Positions 12,035 to 24,796 of a stretch of 64,000 nt of DNA are shown piece by piece; positions within the stretch are counted from its first letter, which is position 1, and each line of letters starts with the position of its first letter. The position numbers and the translations under genes are program-made. The notes beneath the pieces are model-generated. The model worked only from the letters and a program-made list of their open reading frames with translations. It made no database searches and was not told where the DNA came from. The stretch spans positions 112,344,001-112,408,000 of the forward strand of contig NC_043003.1 in the NCBI RefSeq assembly GCF_006345805.1, read 5' to 3'. Source of the DNA: Octopus sinensis (taxonomy: Eukaryota).

Positions 12035-12190
12035 ACAAGATCGAAAAATACCTAAGGAATGAGAACCCATGTTCGAAATTTCCTCCAAGACACCTGATGA
12101 AGGCTGGAGGGTATATCAGCCGAAACGTTGTGTTAACAACAAACAAGATGGGGACAAATATCCGTCAATTGTAAATAATATAAATAATGT
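12035..12190 (+). mobile_element. Short Penelope-pLTR-like repeat carrying a minimal hammerhead
   Basis: Homologous to 10100-10250 in inverted orientation; contains an intact hammerhead core. Confidence 0.75.
12089..12134 (+). ncRNA. Minimal type I hammerhead ribozyme motif (Penelope-type)
   Basis: Stem I ACAC/GTGT, core CTGATGA plus an extra A, stem II GGCTG/CAGCC, GAAA, and palindromic ACGT in place of a closed stem III. Triplet GUU, with predicted cleavage after 12129. Confidence 0.7.
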
Positions 12191-12281
12191 TCCAAACTTA
12201 GTATACTCAGCTTTTACGAGTTCGACCTGTGCGGAGGTTCTTGCTACATTAAGTGAAATATCATTCGTCTTGCTTTCTTTC

Positions 12282-12603
12282 GTGAAGGCGCGTGGTTTAG
12301 TGGTTAGGGTATTCGGCTCACGATCATAAGGTAGTCAGTTCGATTCCCGGCAGTGTGCTGTGTCCTTGAGGAAACACTTTATTTCATGTTACAATAGTCC
12401 ACTCGCAGGTAAAAAGGTGTAGTACCTGTATTTCAAATGGCCAACCTCGTCACTTTTTGTGCCACTTTGAATCTTCCTGAGAACTGCATTAAGAGTATGC
12501 GTGCACTATGAGTACTCAGCCACTTTCACGTTAATTTCACGAGCAGGCTTTTCCGTAGATCGGATGAACTGGAGCCCTCGTCGTCGTAAACGACGGAATG
12601 CCA
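12282..12603 (+). mobile_element. Family-B2 tRNA-SINE (CORE-like middle, family-B tail)
   Basis: Head GGCGCGTGGTTTAGTGGTTAGG..GTTCGATTCCC, then TGTGTCCTTGAG..ACACTTT, and tail CTCGTCGTCGTAAACGACGG. Homologous to 24397-24720. Confidence 0.85.
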
Positions 12604-13189
12604 TTTACATTTGCTTATTTGGGTTATCTGAGGAGAACTGAAATTGATCATGTATAATTAACGAATGCTAGAAACGTGTAAGCTTAATGCATTTTTACTG
12701 ACATTAGAAATCGCAGAAATTAACTGGATTTCTGTGCAAAATGAAAATGACTCACTCTGCTCCGGAAAAATGTTGATGTTATTGACAATTATATTATCAT
12801 ATACTTGGTACTTAGAACATATAAGTTATTGCTCTTGGAAAATCTCAGGACAAATTATTACAACTGATAAAGTACACAACAAGAAAATTTCTACTTAAAA
12901 TATTGCAGCTAAGGATAAAATTTTAGATTCAGGAAATATTAACTTTTATTAAAACTAAATATTTTATTACAAGTTATTACTTCTATTTGTTATTACTTGT
13001 TACTTCTATTAAATTATGATATTTTTTTGCACTTTAACAAAATTGTTTTTTTTTATTATTCATTAATAATTAGAAATTTAGAAATAGGTTGTAAACAAAT
13101 AGTAGAACATAATTTGTACAATAAATAGAATAATACAATATAATATACTGTACTATATAATAGTTATATGTTAGTGTGAAATCTACCTA

Positions 13190-13569
13190 CACTACCGTCA
13201 GAAATTAATTAGCACTCTTGATTTGCTCTTCACTCAATGTATGTGCTGTCACCTAGTGGCCATATCTCGAACTATTGCTTTGTTGCGAGTTCACTGTTGC
13301 GCAGAACGATGACGTAACTTTGTTTGCAGAGCAGTTTGAGAGTCTACAGCCTTATGATGTTGACATAGCAGTGCAACAACAACTTGGAGTGCGGATGCAG
13401 ACAAATCTTCCTTTGTTTAATAGATATAGGTAGCGCCTCGCAAGGACCGAAATCACACCATACTAAGTTTTCTCATCGCGTAAGACATTTTGAACAGCTG
13501 ATAGGTTAATTGATTTAACCTATTTAATGTAGAAATTTGAGAAGTGCTAATTAATTTCTGACGCAAGTG
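13190..13569 (+). mobile_element. Tc1-derived MITE with TA target duplication
   Basis: Perfect 21-bp inverted repeat CGTCAGAAATTAATTAGCACT (13196-13216 / 13543-13563) and termini TA-CACT...AGTG-TA. The internal GCAAGGACCGAAATCACACCATACTAA resembles a Tc1 C-terminus (GGxTxY*). Confidence 0.8.
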
Positions 13570-13872
13570 TACAACAACAAGTTCGCGGTAAAATTTGCTT
13601 GAGTTATTGCCTATGTTATGGTCAAGTTTTCACATTTATGATTTTGACTCAATGCCTTTGACAATGAATTTGCCCACCATATATACTATTCTGCTTTGCA
13701 TAAAACTTTAGCTATATTGGCACTTCTGGCACTCATTTTAAAAATATTCTAGTTTGTCAATATTTTCACAAAATGATGTTACCTCTATTTATTATAATGT
13801 TACTTTGTATATTAAAATCAAATAAATTTTAATATTCAAATTTTATCCTTAGCTGCAATATTTTTAGTAAAA

Positions 13873-14268
13873 ACTTGCAGTATCGCCCGGCGTTGCTCGG
13901 GTTTGTAAGGGAAATAACTATATAAGCATTTTTAGAGATGTCAAGTATAATAGCCATCTCAATATGGCTAACCACAAACGGGGGGTGTTACTGTAGCTTT
14001 TTACGTTCTGAGATTTAATAATAAATATTTAGAGAGTTACTTCCCTTATATATGCTAAAAATGCATTAAAAATGGGGAAAATTTATGGTATTTTTTTTTA
14101 AATCATAGACTCATCGTAGACGCGCGCTAATACCCAGAAGGGCTCGATATGAATCACGACTATAAGATACCCGGATTTGGTTAAACTGCACCGCAAAATG
14201 TGGGAGTAGTTAGGAATCTAAATCGTAGGAGACAGACAGCACACAACTTCACTTTTATATATACAGAT
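13873..14268 (+). mobile_element. HINE/DINE-1-like non-autonomous Helentron
   Basis: 5' ACTTGCAGTATCGCCCGGCGTTGCTCGGG with a short inverted repeat, and 3' GACAGACAGCACACAACTTCACTTTTATATATACAGAT end. It interrupts the right arm of the foldback element. Confidence 0.65.
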
Positions 14269-14683
14269 TTTCTTGTTTTTACTTTACCAGATGTAATAAC
14301 TTGCCCTGAACTTTTCCAAGTGTAATAGTTTCTCCTGTACTTTCCCAAGTTTATAATCTTCACAATATTATTTCTCTTGCTCACATTTTTCTACGTAATC
14401 TATATGTTTTCCAAGCTAAGCTAATTAATAACGTGTCAATTAATAAATCAAGGTTTACCTTATTGAAAATTGAATAATAAATTTAAAGTGTGTGTGTGTG
14501 TGTGGGTGTTTGTGTGTGAGTGAGCGTGAGGGTGAGAGAGACGTGACAGCGTACATTTTTTTTTTTATTTTCCTTTGCATCTTTTTGAGTGAGTGAATGA
14601 GTGATTGACTGAGAGAGATGTGTTGTCAGAGAGAGAGAGAGAGAGAGAGAGTGCGAGAAAGTGTGTTGCTGCGTGTGAGTGAC

Positions 14684-14717
<34 letters not shown>

Positions 14718-14939
14718 TGATAGCATAACTTTTTTTATCTATTTAGTTTTTCTCGCATCTTTTTTTAGTGTGCAAGTGATTAACTGAGAAAGAAAGAGTG
14801 AGATGCCGTCGTGTATGTGTAAAATGGCTAGGGTCAGTCACACACAAACAGAAACACATGCGTACGTGCATAATCTGTCGTATACAAGTACATGCATAGA
14901 CATATATGCATACAGGGCGGCATAGATATATGCATACAG

Positions 14940-15540
14940 GGCGGCGAGCTGGCAGAAGCGTTAGCGCGCCGGGCGAAATGCGTAGCCGTATTTCGTCTGT
15001 CGTTACGTTCTGAGTTCAAATTCCGCCGAGGTCGACTTTGCCTTTCATCCTTTCGGGGTCGATAAATTAAGTACCAGTTACGCACTGTGGTCGATATAAT
15101 CGACTTAAATTCGATTGTCTGTCCTTGTTTGTCCCCTCTGTGTTTAGCCCCTTGTGGTAGTAAAGAAACAGGTATTTCGTCTGCCGTTACATTCTGAGTT
15201 CAAATTCCGACGTGGTCGACTTTGCCTTTCATCTTTTCGGGGTCGATTAAATAAGTACCAGTTACGCACTGTGGTCGATATAATCGACTTAAATTCGATT
15301 GTCTGTCCTTGTTTGTCCCCTCTGTGTTTAGCCCCTTGTGGGTAGTAAAGAAACAGGTATTTCGTCTGCCGTTACATTCTGAGTTCAAATTCCGACGTGG
15401 TCGACTTTGCCTTTCATCCTTTCGGGGTCGATAAATTAAGTACCAGTTACGCACTGGGGTCGATATAATCGACTTAAATTCGATTGTCTGTCCTTGTTTG
15501 TCCCCTCTATGTTTAGCCCCTTGTGGGTAGTAAAGAAATA
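14940..15540 (+). mobile_element. Family-A tRNA-SINE: one head followed by three tandem 184-185 bp body-tail units
   Basis: Units at 14987-15170, 15171-15355 and 15356-15540. A-box in the head; B-box GAGTTCAAATTCC in each unit; ATATGCATACA on both flanks. Confidence 0.95.
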
Positions 15541-15974
15541 GATATGCATACATGTTTTTATATGTGTACTTGTGATGGAGAGAGAAAAAGTCAGTCACTG
15601 AGTGAGGGTGTGTATTCTCAGGACAATTTTTTTGCGTGTATATATAAGTAGCTAAGTAAACTTTACACTATCACTTTCTTTTCTCCCTCTCTCTCTATAT
15701 ATATATGTCTACACGCAGACACACACAAACAGCAACACACACCTTCTCTTTCTCTTTCTCTCTCTTTCTCCCTCTCTCTCAGTCAATCACTCACACATTC
15801 ACAGTAAAAAGATGCGAGAAAAATAAGTAAAAATACACGCTGTCATCCTCTCTCTCCCTCTCTCTCTCTATCTCTCTCTCTCTCTCTTTCGCACACACAT
15901 GCAGACACCTTCTGTCTCGCCAGCCCCACCTCCATCAACACATACACACGTCCATATCCATTTCCACTCTCTTT

Positions 15975-16393
15975 ACTCTCTTTTACTCTTTTACATGTTT
16001 CAGTTATTTGAATGTGGCCATGCTGGAGCACCACCTTTAGTCGAGCAAATTGACCCCAGAACTTATTCTTTGTAAGCCCAGTACTTATTCTATCGGTCTC
16101 TTTTGCCGAACCGCTAAGTGACGGGGACGTAAACACGCCAGCATCGGTTGTCAAGCAATGCTAGGGGTACAAACACAGACACACAAACACATACACTTAC
16201 ATACAGATACATATATATATACATATATACGACAGGCTTCTTTCAGTTTCCGTCTACCAAATCTACTCACAAGGCATTAGTCGGCCCGAGGCTATAGCAG
16301 AAGACACTTGCCCAAGATGCCACGCAGTGGTACTGAACCCGGAACCATGTGGTTGGTTAGCAAGCTACTTACCACACAGCCACTCCCGCACCT
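15975..16393 (-). mobile_element. Family-C tRNA/CORE-like SINE with internal microsatellite
   Basis: Minus-strand head GGTGCGGGAGTGGCTGTGTGGTAAG..GGTTCAGTACC, CORE-like CTTGGGCAAGTGTCTT, internal (CA/TA)n, and (AAAGAGT) tail. Confidence 0.9.
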
Positions 16394-18730
16394 CTTTCAC
16401 TTTATACTAACTTCCAACAAAATATACATTTCCACTCACAAAAATAAATGAACGAAAATTCTCTACGGAAATTACCGAACGCCGTACAACGAAAGATTGC
16501 CAAAATGGCTAAGTTATTGCCAAAATTTCTAAATAATATTTGAATTATTTTTCATTTTTATGATATAATTGCATCAATTAATACAGATGACGTAATTAAA
16601 CTAATTGCAAATTAGCAGTGTCGTTGATAATTATTTCCTTACCTCAATGATGCCGGTGACATATATTAAAAGTCCCCTTATAGAACTATATTCACAAAAA
16701 AGTATAGAAATATATTACCACCTTCAAATTTGAGAAACAAACGCTTATAATTTTTTTTTTTTTTTAAACTTCATTGTATGAGATTGATACCACGAAAGTC
16801 CACGAATTGAGCATTATCATTTAAGCTTAATTGAAATGTAGATTGTTTTTAAAATAAAAAAGTTAATTATACTTAAATCCAATTTTTTGCTTTGCTTATA
16901 TTTTTTCATGGTATTTTACCTCAACTTTTTATAAAAAATTGTATAGCATGGGATCAATACCATGATATTCTTCATGCTTTCTGCTATCATTCACGCTAAG
17001 ATAAATATATTTTGCTTTTAAAATAAACCAGCTATTTAGATCTAAACTTGACTGGAGATGCTACTTAATTTCCTATAACTTTGCTGCAAATATTTTGACG
17101 TAAACTTTTTTCTACTGGACCAAATCTCAATTTTATATACCAAAACGTTGCTAGGGACAAGCCCTCTTCAAAAATGTTAACAGTTTTCAATTTGGTTAAG
17201 AAGTGAATTAGCGAAAAGCTCTGAAGCTGCTGCGTGTGAGTAAACTGCGGCATTAAGAATATTATTCAACTATTACCGCAGTTACATGATATTATTCTTC
17301 GTATTAAACTTTCGTTTGCTTCAGTCATTGGATTTCATCGAAGTAGGGGCACCCCCTTGAAGTGTTTACTCGAACAAATTACCCCACACTTAATTTTTGT
17401 TTTAGATTTGTTCTTGTACTTTCGTTCAATTTATACCGAACGGCTATGTTACGGGAACGTCAACAAGCCAACACTGGTTGTCAAACACGGAAGTGGCACA
17501 AACACAAACACGCATGTGCGCGCACGCAGTGTATCCTACATAGTACCCTTATAAACAGGGCTAATTTAGCTGTTCCTTCATAAATTTTAAAATGATGAAA
17601 AGCCTTAATCGATTTTCTAATCTTAATGGATTCTCATCAGAAGCGTCTACATCAATTTGAACAATCCCAGAGATACACGTGGCCAATATGTTTATATACT
17701 TATCAATTTTAGTAGCTACATATGATGGGCTTCTTTCAGTTCCCATTCATCAAATCCACTCACATGGATTTGGTCGGCTCAGGCTTTGGGAGAAGACAGT
17801 GGTTCAATACTTTCTGCCATGTGGTAGCAAGCGATTTTCTACCACACGACCATTCCTGCACTTAAGTAGATTTTCATATATTATAAACTTATAAACTATT
17901 AGGCGGAGTAATGGTATCGACTAACTCTCTCCTCAAATTTACTAGCCTTGATCCTAAATTAAAAACCGTCACAAATATTACTATACAATCTTTAATCCCT
18001 CATTCTAAAAGTCGCAACCGATTCTTAATAGTGTTTCCACTAAGTGGCGTATGCCATCATAATTCTTTGCTGAGTTTCTAATATATTTTTAAGAGATGTC
18101 TTACTTTATGTTGATTGAATTTAATAATATATTCATTAGTTATCGTGTCCTACTAAAGACACCAGGTTTTAACGGAATAAGAGAAACGGATAAATTGAAA
18201 TATTTATTTATTGATCATAATACTTCATAGCAATACTTCATTAGAATATGTTAGGTTAGCTTTCCATTTACTCATGCTATTTACAAATCAACTTCATACA
18301 TCCTCTGAAACTATTACCGTCTCAAGCCATAATGTTGTAGACGTGAAATAGCTGAGTGCATATCGTATTAGTGTAAGAATCAGTGAACTTGGAAAATCGA
18401 TAGCGACTTGGACAGAATTGTGGTATTTAGTAGCGTCTCCTTATGTTAACACCTCTCCCCCGTAATTGACTTTTACTTCCATATTCACGAGGTCCCTGGA
18501 ATTAAGCAACAATCAAGTATAGCCGTAGATTTATATTGATTATACGTTTCCAGCAACTGGGGGACATTTTGGCCCTTTCAGAGATTATTAGAGGCGGTGG
18601 TATTTGTTAAAGTGCAATACAAAAATAGGTCTCGACTTATTTTATGTTTTAGTTCAAGCCTTACCGGGGAAACATTTGCATTACATCATGCTGGGCTCTA
18701 TACCAGTTTTTTTTTATTAAAATGAACATA

Positions 18731-19160
18731 AGGCGGTGAACTGGAAAATCATTAAAACGTCGATAAAAATACTTAACGGTAATTTTACAGTCTGGCAAGG
18801 CGGCGAGCTGGCAGGATCGTTAGCACGCCGGGCGAAATGCTTTGCGGTGTTTCGTCTGCCGCTACGTTCTGAGTTCAAATTCCGCCAAGGTCGACTTTGC
18901 CTTTCATCCTTTCAGGTGTCGATATAATCGACTTAATCCGTCTGTCTCTCTTTGTTTGTTCCCTCTGTGTTTAGACCCTTGTGGGTAGTAAAGAAATAGG
19001 TAATTTTACCTTCTGACATTTTACATTCTGAATTCAAATTCCACTCTGGTTACTCTACCATTCAAACTTTCGGTATCGATGAAATAAAGTATCAGTTAAA
19101 AACTGGAATTGATGATATCGACCCACAAGCTCCTCTCAGAATTGCTGGCAACGTGCCTAA
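18731..19160 (+). mobile_element. Old family-A SINE split by a younger full-length family-A SINE (about 18789-18998)
   Basis: Old head at 18731-18788, young copy, then old body resuming at 18999. 11-bp direct repeat GGTAATTTTAC at 18778-18788 and 18999-19009. Confidence 0.85.
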
Positions 19161-19792
19161 ATCAAATCGGAATAGATAAACCATACTGTTGCGCTAATAT
19201 TCTAGTCAGTGGTACCGCTCCTTAAATTAGTGTACGGTAATGTGCTAGACATAGTGTTTGAAAGTATTTTATATTCTCTTTCTTTCTCTCTTTCCCTCTC
19301 TCTCTCTGTTTATTATTTTTTTTCAATATATAATTTATTTGTGGACCATCTACGTTCATTCTAAGCTTCGTTATGCCTTTCTGCATATACAGGATCTATA
19401 AAACACATACCAGTCGTTTAAGAAGGGCTAGATGCAATCAACCGACTAAGTCAACCGATCTGTAGTCTAGTAAGCATGTAAGAAAATGTTCAAATGCTGA
19501 AATAACGGTATTTTCAGTTTTGGTTGTGTCCTTCTCTATGCTTCCCAGTTTTTTTTTTTCAATTACAAATATACGGAAATTACGTCATCTGTCTGTCTGA
19601 TACAGGAAACAAATTAGTATGCATTGTTCAACATTGAAACATGCGGATTTGCTATAGTCAAGGATATAGCTGCAGGACTTCAGGGGAAAACGATGAGTAA
19701 TGGAGAGAAAGAGAAAACGAAAGAATTAAAGTAAGATACAGACTACATATACTTACATAGATTATATATGTGTGCATATATGTGTATGTATG

Positions 19793-19825
<33 letters not shown>

Positions 19826-20454
19826 TATAATATATATATATATATGAACACTCTGAAAAATTGATATGTATTCATATATCTACACACACACACATATACA
19901 TATATATGTATATGTGTGTCTATGTATCTATGTATGTCTGCAGTTGAAAGCAGAGAGAAATAGAACAAAAGTATCAGGATATATAGACAGTGATGGAGTT
20001 GAGTCGAAAGCGTCCGGCGTCGCTGACGCCGACATATGAAGTGGATAACGGACGAAAGGAATGGAAATAAAGGGAAGGTGGAAATGTAAGTGCTGAACAT
20101 AATGGAATTCTCGAAGGTCAGTGAACAATTATGAATATGCTGAGAGAAAGAAGAAATGAGTTAGGCTAGACAGTGGATCTAATCAAAGGAAGAGCAGAAC
20201 ACACAGTTATATGAGCAAATAAAGAAAAGAAGGAAAAGAGTTTTAAAAATGCTGTCCGTTAAAAACAGCAAGGAGAGACGAAAAGCGAAACAACCGATTG
20301 ACACAGGAGTTTATTTTGAGACTTTCAAAGGATGAAAGGAGAGTCTGATGTATATGCTAAAAGAAAAGAAAGTTGGTCACTATAGTAATGTAATTTGATC
20401 TCAGGATTATGTTTTAGCAAAGTTGGTGATGTACAATTGTAAGTTGGATGGAAT

Positions 20455-20782
20455 GGAAGCACTCCGTCGGTTACGACGATGAGGATTCCGGTTGATCCGA
20501 ATCAACGGAACAGCCTGCTCGTGAAATTAACGTGTAAGTGGCTGAGCACTCCACAGACGCGTGTACCCTTAACGTAGTTCTCGGGGATATTCAGCGTGAC
20601 ACAGAGAGTAACAAGGCCGGCCCTTTGAAATACAGGTACAACAGAAACAGGAAGTAAGAGTGAGAGAAAGTTGTGCTGAGAGAGTACAGCTCAATAAACA
20701 CTTACAACGGCCGGTCGGGAATCGAAACCGCGATCCTATGACCGCGAGTCCGCTGCCCTAACCACTGGGCCATTGCGCCTCC
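20455..20782 (-). mobile_element. Family-B tRNA-SINE
   Basis: Reverse complement of 60085-60464 with a short internal deletion. Confidence 0.9.
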
Positions 20783-20980
20783 ACAACAATTGTAAATTAT
20801 AATGCATAGAAAAGTGAACATCGCGCAAGCTTTACTTATCAATTTGTTGAACGCGAGAGAAATTTTATCTATTCATTTTTATATAATGAGAATGAATTCT
20901 TCATCAGAAATACGGGATGCTTGAGATGGGCTCACTAGTAAGATTTCTTTGAAATGTTTTTTTTCACTCTACGATCAGTA

Positions 20981-21213
20981 TACTCTTTTACTTGTTTCAG
21001 TCATTTGACTGCGGCCATGCTGGAGCACCACCTTTAATCGAGCAACTCAACCCCGGGACTTATTCTTTTGTAAGCCCAGTACTTATTCTATCGGTCTCTT
21101 TTGCCGAACCGCTAAGTAACGGGGACATGAACACACCAGAATCGGTTGTCAAGCAATGCTAGGGGGACAAACACATACACACAAACACACACGCATATAT
21201 ATATATATTATAC

Positions 21214-21275
<62 letters not shown>

Positions 21276-21436
21276 TACGACAGGCTTCTTTCAGTTTCCG
21301 TCTACCAAATCCACTCACAAGGCTTTGGTCGGCCCGAGGCTATAGTAGAAGACACTTGCCCAAGTGCCACGCAGTTGATTGAACCCGGAACCATGTGGTT
21401 GGTAAACAAGCTACTTACCACACAGCCACTCCTGCT
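20981..21436 (-). mobile_element. Family-C SINE with expanded internal (TA)n
   Basis: Colinear with 15975-16393. Confidence 0.9.
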
Positions 21437-24289
21437 GGTATATATATATTAACGTTTCAGTTAATATTCACTTAGTATTAAGTGTTCTTTAAAATAATAT
21501 TATTTTAACATTGAAATCATGCGTGTGAGAAGAAGTCGACCATAACGAAATAATTAGTGATTTTTTATAAATAACCAATTAAACACTTCCATTAAATATA
21601 ATAACCTAATAAATCTTAGCATAAAATGAAGCAACAACATAAACAATAAAGCTAACCCTGTCCCCATACAACACAATAGAAGCTCTCTAAAAATACTAGG
21701 ACAACATATGGGGGTATAATCAATGTGATGAAGAATACACTCAAAACTGAAACAAAAAAGGGACCTTTTAAATAACTACACACACATTACAATAATGAAC
21801 AATAGACAGCCCATCATCAGCTGTTCTTTTTGAAATCACTACCGTTTCTGAAACGTTAGTAAATTGTAAAACGGTTGGCTAGGAAACTTACACTTCCGTT
21901 TATTTTATTTTATTTATTTTAATTATCTATATATCAACAGCTTTGAAAAAATGCAATTTGCATTCTTAGTTTCCTCCTTGTGAACTTTTGTTACGTTTAA
22001 ATTCGTTTTTAAGAGTAATTTTTGTTGTGCATAAAATAATGTTTTATTAATAACAAACCGTCAAAAGTTATGTAAGTTGTTTTATTCATAATGGTGCTAG
22101 CCTAATTCATAACTTCTTTATGCATTAATTTATCTATATTATTGATTAGGGATGAAAGTTGAGTACGTGTTCTCTGACCACTTGTCAACAAACCGTGAAA
22201 CGACCGGTCTTGGTCAGGAGTCTTCACCTATTTAAATTATCACTTGCATACATTATGTATGTGTGCGCGTGCCCACCTGCCTGGCATAAAGTGACAATAT
22301 TAAAACATAAACATTTGAAAACAGCAAGTAACAATTTATTCGTGGTACCACTTCTATGATTAAAACTCATCAATTTCCTCTCTGAATCAGGAGAATTTAT
22401 TATTTGTAAGACTAGATATCGTATTTCGCCCGGTGTACTCGATGCTGGCATGGATGCGTGGGGAAGAAGCTTACTTTGCTTCAGTTTTTGGCTCAATCCA
22501 CACTATGCGGCACCATAAGTAAATATCTACTATCGGTCCAGTTGTTCAATGCTTTATGAATTAATTTGGTAAATAGAAACTAAAAGGAAGCCTGTCATGC
22601 ATATGTATGTGTGTTTGTGTGTGTGTGTCTTTGTGGCTTTGTTTGTCTTGCATCACCTCTTGACAAAAGGGGTTGGTTTGTACACGTCTCCTTATCTTAG
22701 CAGTTCAACCAGACTGCCGTCGATTTGTTCGACTAATTACTCCAAGGTGGCACCCCAGTATGGCCGCAGTTCGATGACTGAAACAAATAAAACGAAGAAA
22801 GACATTCCACAATCATTTCATGATTAGTCATGAGCTAGTGTTTCTTGTTGGCTTGATGTGGCAGACATGAACTAATGCTATACATTGGAGTTAATGAACT
22901 AAAATAAATGAACATCTCGAATTAAATATTTAACTGCGGGCACTAGAGATTTATAATAAAGAAAAACTTATCGATTTAGTCGCTTGTGGGTCATTACACT
23001 GGCTACTACTGTTACTAGTAATGCTGCCACATGTCATGGCGTGTAAATAATAGTTATTTTATCAGTCCCCAGTGACAAAGAGGAATCGAACACGCGAGAC
23101 GCAACTCTGTTATTATAGCAGTAATTAGCATATAACTCTATAGCTATGTTTCTATAAATATTTCAGTTCTTTGATAGAGGGGGCGTGTCAATTCGTCTAC
23201 ACTTGCCTAATCAATACATTGGTTTTCTACCACGGACAAAACACGTTAACAAATCAAATTGCTCACTGATACTATTTATTAGCAATGGTCAAACATATAA
23301 AATATACCTCGAAATGAAAAAAAAAGAATAGAATGCCATTAGAACTGATATTAATTTCAAGGGGAAAAAATCTATGGAAATATGAAAGAGCTAAGTAATA
23401 ATAATCAGTTACAAGAAAACATTGTAAGATTAATAAATTACCTGACAAGTTCAGCCGCGAGGAAACAATGACTTTCTTTTGCTGTTGTTTTTTTTAACGT
23501 TGTTTTTGATTTTGTTTTGTTTTGATTTTTTTTTTCCTTTTTCTTCGTTGCTGATTGAGCTTTTTCTACCTTCTTATCACAAAGAGAATATTTATCTCTT
23601 TCACGCATATTAGAGATATAACTTAGTCACGGCTTCTTTAGTGCTGCTTTTTATGACTTTTAATCAGAGAAACGTTCTACGTCAAGGAATTGGACTTAAA
23701 ACGAAAGTAAATCATTTTGTTTCTTTTTTCTTCATATTCCGAATACTTCTTCCATTATTCGCCTCTTCCCTTCACTCCCGCCTTTAATCTTCGAATACCA
23801 CCTACATACTATCTCTACAGTATGTCTTCTCTCATCTATCGTTGTGTCTATATTTATATCGTTCTTTCACTTTCCTGGTGACACCTTTAATTGACTTATT
23901 CCTTATATTTATTTCACCTTCACTGTCTTCGTTTTTGTAGAATAGATTTTCATTTAGTGGTTGTGTTTGTTTCATATCCAATTCCAAATTATCATATCTC
24001 TATTCCTCTCAGATTCTCTGTTCCTCATTCCTTCTCTCTCTATCTATCTCTCTCACTCACTCTCCCTATGTCTCTTTTCCCATTGCTCTCCGTACCTCTC
24101 CATCCTCTCTCTCTAATTCTACTTTCTGTTTTTGTATTCTTGTAAACACATTTCTTTTAAATTATTAATATCCGAAATATTTATCAATCTACAGATAAGC
24201 CATCTCTAAGGACTTATTATTTTCCCAATCAATAAGCGTATTTCAGCGTGTCATATTGATGCACAAACACAGAATACACATAATAGATA

Positions 24290-24296
24290 GATAGAC

Positions 24297-24373
<77 letters not shown>

Positions 24374-24723
24374 CATGTGTGTGTGTATATATACGTGTGA
24401 AGGCACGTGGCTTATTGGTTAGGGCATTCGCCTCACGATTGTAAGGTCGTGATTTCAATTCCCGTCGACGCGTTGTGTCCTTGAGCAAGACATTTTATTT
24501 CACATTACTCCAGTCCATTAACCTGGCAAAAATTAGTTGTACCTCTATTTCAAAGGCCGGCCTTGTCCCACTCTGCGTCATGCTGAATCTCCATGAGAAC
24601 TACGTTAGGGGTACACGTGTCTGTGGAGTGCTCAGCCACTTGCACGTTAATTTCACTAGCAAGCTGTTCCGTTGATCGTATCAGCTGGGACCCTCTTCGT
24701 CGTAACCGACGGAGTGCTCCTCC

Positions 24724-24796
<73 letters not shown>

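Larger units (their letters stand above)
12766..14390. mobile_element. Non-autonomous foldback/DNA element with long inverted arms, hosting two insertions
   Basis: 12892-12923 matches the reverse complement of 13838-13869 at 31/32 positions. Inverted similarity resumes beyond the HINE (about 12825-12890 vs 14269-14330) and fades toward 12766/14390. Outer ends are uncertain. Confidence 0.65.

Noticed and set aside
14940-15540. CRISPR-like or satellite array (also considered for 52521-53470)
   Set aside because: Units are contiguous near-identical copies with no unique spacers, and the context is eukaryotic.
21720-21860. TGATGA...GAAAC and reverse CTGATGA/GAAACGGTA motifs
   Set aside because: Wrong order or no stem II, so no hammerhead fold can be drawn.
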